Positions 61,628 to 64,000 of a stretch of 64,000 nt of DNA are shown here, one piece after another. The notes under the pieces are model-generated. The model was not told the origin of the DNA. It ran no database searches and worked only from the letters and a program-made list of their open reading frames with translations. Source of the stretch: an uncultured Verrucomicrobiae bacterium (GTDB lineage: Bacteria > Verrucomicrobiota > Verrucomicrobiia > Chthoniobacterales > UBA10450); NCBI GenBank assembly GCA_963735805.1, contig CAVTMK010000002.1:864001-928000 (forward strand). Reading direction: 5' to 3'. Within the stretch, counting starts at the first letter, position 1. Each line of letters starts with the position of its first letter. The position numbers and the translations under genes were made by a program.

Positions 61628-61984
61628 ATGAGTGCCGCACCGATCAAAGTCTCTTTCCTCAGCCTCGCCATATCAGCGTTGATCGGGAGCTTAGTCGTCG
61701 CGTATGCGCAGTCAGGCGCCGCCGCTAATTGCGCACGGATTCGTGAAGTGCCGGGCGGCTGTGGGAAAAACGCGGGTCTTACAGAGGTATACGTTGACAA
61801 TATGCACAAGGACCGCACGGTGCGGGCGACCGTTCGGAAGCATTCGCAAGAAGGCGACGAGGACACAGAGTATGCTATTGCCGAAGGTGGCCAGCTCTTT
61901 ATCGGCTGCGGGGGTGGCGGCATCAGCTTTGCTGTTGTCCGCTGCGAAGAGTTAAAACGTGAGGCTGAAAAAAGTGATGAGTGA
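61628..61984 (+). CDS. Small secreted Cys-containing hypothetical protein
   Basis: AAGGGA RBS, signal peptide ending AYA-QS, 4 Cys. Confidence 0.6.
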   Translation: MSAAPIKVSFLSLAISALIGSLVVAYAQSGAAANCARIREVPGGCGKNAGLTEVYVDNMHKDRTVRATVRKHSQEGDEDTEYAIAEGGQLFIGCGGGGISFAVVRCEELKREAEKSDE

Positions 61985-62129
61985 GCAGTGCGGGGATGCA
62001 CCCGGTGATGCTGTTGGCAATCCAGTGATTCGCGGGATGAACGTTGCTTGCCAGGTTCCCGCCTTTTTCGGCAGTCTTCCCTTTAAAGGGGAAGAAATAG
62101 ATGACAAAATGCAATCTAATTCTCGTTAG

Positions 62130-62549
62130 ATGCTAATGCGCGTCGTTGCCGTCATGTTATTGCTGTCCGCGGGCATCGCTGTTGAGGCGATGTCATACTC
62201 GTTTGTTTGTAAGGCGAGCGGGCGACTGGGCGGGCCGATCCGCTTCGAGTTTTACGATGATGCAACCACACGTCCGAAGACCGATATCCAGTCATTCACC
62301 GTTTCTATACGGACCGCCGATGACCGGTGGAAGACGATGTGGTCCATCTTGAGCGGCCCTGGTCTGACACAGCCGATCGAATACGGGGTTACGCCTGCTG
62401 GTTTTACCACAATGATTCAACCGCGGAAGCTCATTCCCGGTCGCGTTTACGCCGGGTTCGCTTCCGATGGACACGGAGGCTCATCCAGTGTGACTTTCGG
62501 ATTCGATAAAAACGGAAGAATGATCTTCCCGGATTCATTCGATGAATGA
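62130..62549 (+). CDS. Secreted hypothetical protein carried in an integron gene cassette
   Basis: Signal peptide; the start codon overlaps the GTTAGAT core site; followed by an attC. Confidence 0.7.
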   Translation: MLMRVVAVMLLLSAGIAVEAMSYSFVCKASGRLGGPIRFEFYDDATTRPKTDIQSFTVSIRTADDRWKTMWSILSGPGLTQPIEYGVTPAGFTTMIQPRKLIPGRVYAGFASDGHGGSSSVTFGFDKNGRMIFPDSFDE

Positions 62550-62564
62550 GTGGCGAATGAAAGC

Positions 62565-62660
62565 ATCTAACCAATCGATGAAGCCAGCGGCCCCATTGCG
62601 AAATAAGTTCAGGATGTTTGCCATGACACCCTGTCGTGGCTTATCTCTTTCTCGTTAGAC
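62565..62660 (+). mobile_element. Integron attC recombination site
   Basis: R'' ATCTAAC, L'' GATGAAGC pairing with L' GCTTATC (one extrahelical base), R' GTTAGAC. Confidence 0.85.
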
Positions 62661-62667
62661 AGCCGAT

Positions 62668-63051
62668 GTGAAACGCACGTGGACCATCATCGGGGTGAGG
62701 GACGTGCCGCGGAGTTTCAAGTGGTACCAATCGCTGTTTGGACAGTCCGAGACGTCGCCGGGCCATTCTTACTTTGGTCAGCTCGTCGACTCGGACGGCA
62801 CTGTGTTGCTCTGTCTCCATGAGTGGGGCACCCATGAGCATCCCTCCCTGATAAGTCCTGATCACGCGACACCAGGCAATGGGCTTCTCTTGTTCTTTCG
62901 TGTCGACGATTTCGACGCGGCGCTGCAGAGGGCGCGCGGTCTTGTCGCACAGCTCGAAGAAGATCCTCACGTCAACCCCAATACTCGGACCGAGGAGTTC
63001 TCGCTGCGAGACCCAGACGGGTACTACGTCACGATCAGCGCGCTTTCTTAG
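62668..63051 (+). CDS. VOC/glyoxalase/bleomycin-resistance family protein (gene cassette)
   Basis: IGVRDVPRSFKWYQSLFG, LFFRVDDFDAA, EFSLRDPDGYYV. Confidence 0.88.
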   Translation: MKRTWTIIGVRDVPRSFKWYQSLFGQSETSPGHSYFGQLVDSDGTVLLCLHEWGTHEHPSLISPDHATPGNGLLLFFRVDDFDAALQRARGLVAQLEEDPHVNPNTRTEEFSLRDPDGYYVTISALS

Positions 63052-63080
63052 CGCGAGCGCGGGACGTCCGTTACGCGACG

Positions 63081-63179
63081 GCCTAACAATCGCTCGCAGC
63101 CAGCGAAGCCGCGCAGCCAAAGTAGGAAATCGCGAGGCAAGCGGCGCCGCTTTCGCGGCTGAACCGTTGCTCGGTGGCA
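63081..63179 (+). mobile_element. Degenerate attC site
   Basis: R'' GCCTAAC and arms CAGCC(A)GCGAAG / CTTTCGCGGCTG are present, but the R' position reads GGTGGCA instead of GTTRRRY. Confidence 0.6.
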
Positions 63180-63185
63180 GCCGTT

Positions 63186-63404
63186 TCACCGAATAGGAGT
63201 AAACGCGGTAACTTTGCATCGGGGGCATGTGCCGGCGGTTTCCAACGAAACGGGCTTCGTAAAACGCTTCACGTACTGGCACTCTTTGCATATCCATCGC
63301 ATCGACCGTGTCTCCTGCGAGTGATCGACCTGGTCTAGTGCATTCGACGCTATCTCTCGAATTCTCTCCAGGGTTGCTTTCAGCGTCTTGGATGTCGAGT
63401 CCAT
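63186..63404 (-). CDS. Small zinc-ribbon (rubredoxin-like) hypothetical protein
   Basis: WICKEC ... CPRC in 72 aa. Confidence 0.6.
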   Translation of the reverse strand: MDSTSKTLKATLERIREIASNALDQVDHSQETRSMRWICKECQYVKRFTKPVSLETAGTCPRCKVTAFTPIR

Positions 63405-63632
63405 AAGTTCAATTCCATCTGTTGAGGTTTGCCCGCTAATCTGCGCGATATGCGCGCCCAAATGCGAAGGAGAAGCGCTCTCATGTTCATGTGAACATAT
63501 CATCATGCGGACGACGATGTCTAGATCAAAACAGGCGAACTACGCGCTTTTGTCCATCCCACGGATTTGTTGGCTGATCGCCGTGCTTTCCGGGTTGGTC
63601 ACCAAGGCATGATATGCTTCAATGCACGATTA

Positions 63633-63676
<44 letters not shown>

Positions 63677-64000
63677 AAGACAGCGTTTTTGCGCCTGTTT
63701 TCAGTGTCTTGCAAAGCGTGGCAGACACGAGGCATTTACAACATTCCGTCTCGCGCTGCGTTGCATAGAATTGCGCTGCTTTACAGAAGAAAAAGATTTA
63801 CGCCGTAGAAAATGGCCATCAATGCGGCTGGTCGATTTCCGACAACGTCCCCACGCGCGCGTGTGTGAACGTAAAGCAGGGGGCTGAAAGTGACAGTAGC
63901 GTTACTCTTGCGCCGCAGCGGTCGCATCTAAATGGTTGTCGAAACTACCGACATGAAAAACCCGATAACAGGAGTTCGATATATGAAAACATTGCTACGA

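Noticed and set aside
62641..63297. 218-aa minus-strand ORF
   Set aside because: It is antisense to the VOC cassette and crosses attC sites.
63983..64000. Start of an ORF (MKTLLR) with an AGGAG RBS at the window end
   Set aside because: Only six codons are visible, so it cannot be called.

Overview
Bacterial chromosomal DNA of mid-50s % GC (estimated by eye). Gene families and attC style suggest a soil Verrucomicrobiota (Chthoniobacterales / 'Ca. Udaeobacter'-like) genome; this is inference only. 0-14 kb: housekeeping and transport genes (APC permease-USP fusion, orphan lycopene-cyclase-like protein, serA, EamA, MbfA/VIT1-like protein, mdtABC). 14-44.6 kb: the most striking block. It holds a sigma-54 two-component system whose kinase has almost no periplasmic domain, and two sigma-54 promoters that share a paired palindromic enhancer and each start with a small membrane protein. 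These are followed by one periplasmic adaptor, two ABC ATPases, eight divergent ~820-aa MacB/FtsX (ADOP-type) permeases plus a permease remnant, then a LolA-like protein and a large BNR/VPS10 beta-propeller. 44.7-56.7 kb: tRNA-Ala(CGC), yajC-secDF, rpsU, ccsA-hemA-hemC-cobA/hemD, apt, glnD and a nucleotidyltransferase. 56.7-61.4 kb: DUF5069, a zinc-ribbon bactofilin, a canonical bactofilin, an STT3/AglB-like transferase with WWL in place of WWD, a candidate structured RNA and DUF2911. 61.6-64 kb: an accessory tail with integron gene cassettes (attC sites, no integrase) and the 5' half of a tRNA-Ile(CAT). The many single-base frameshifts at 53.6-60.3 kb are probably sequencing errors.
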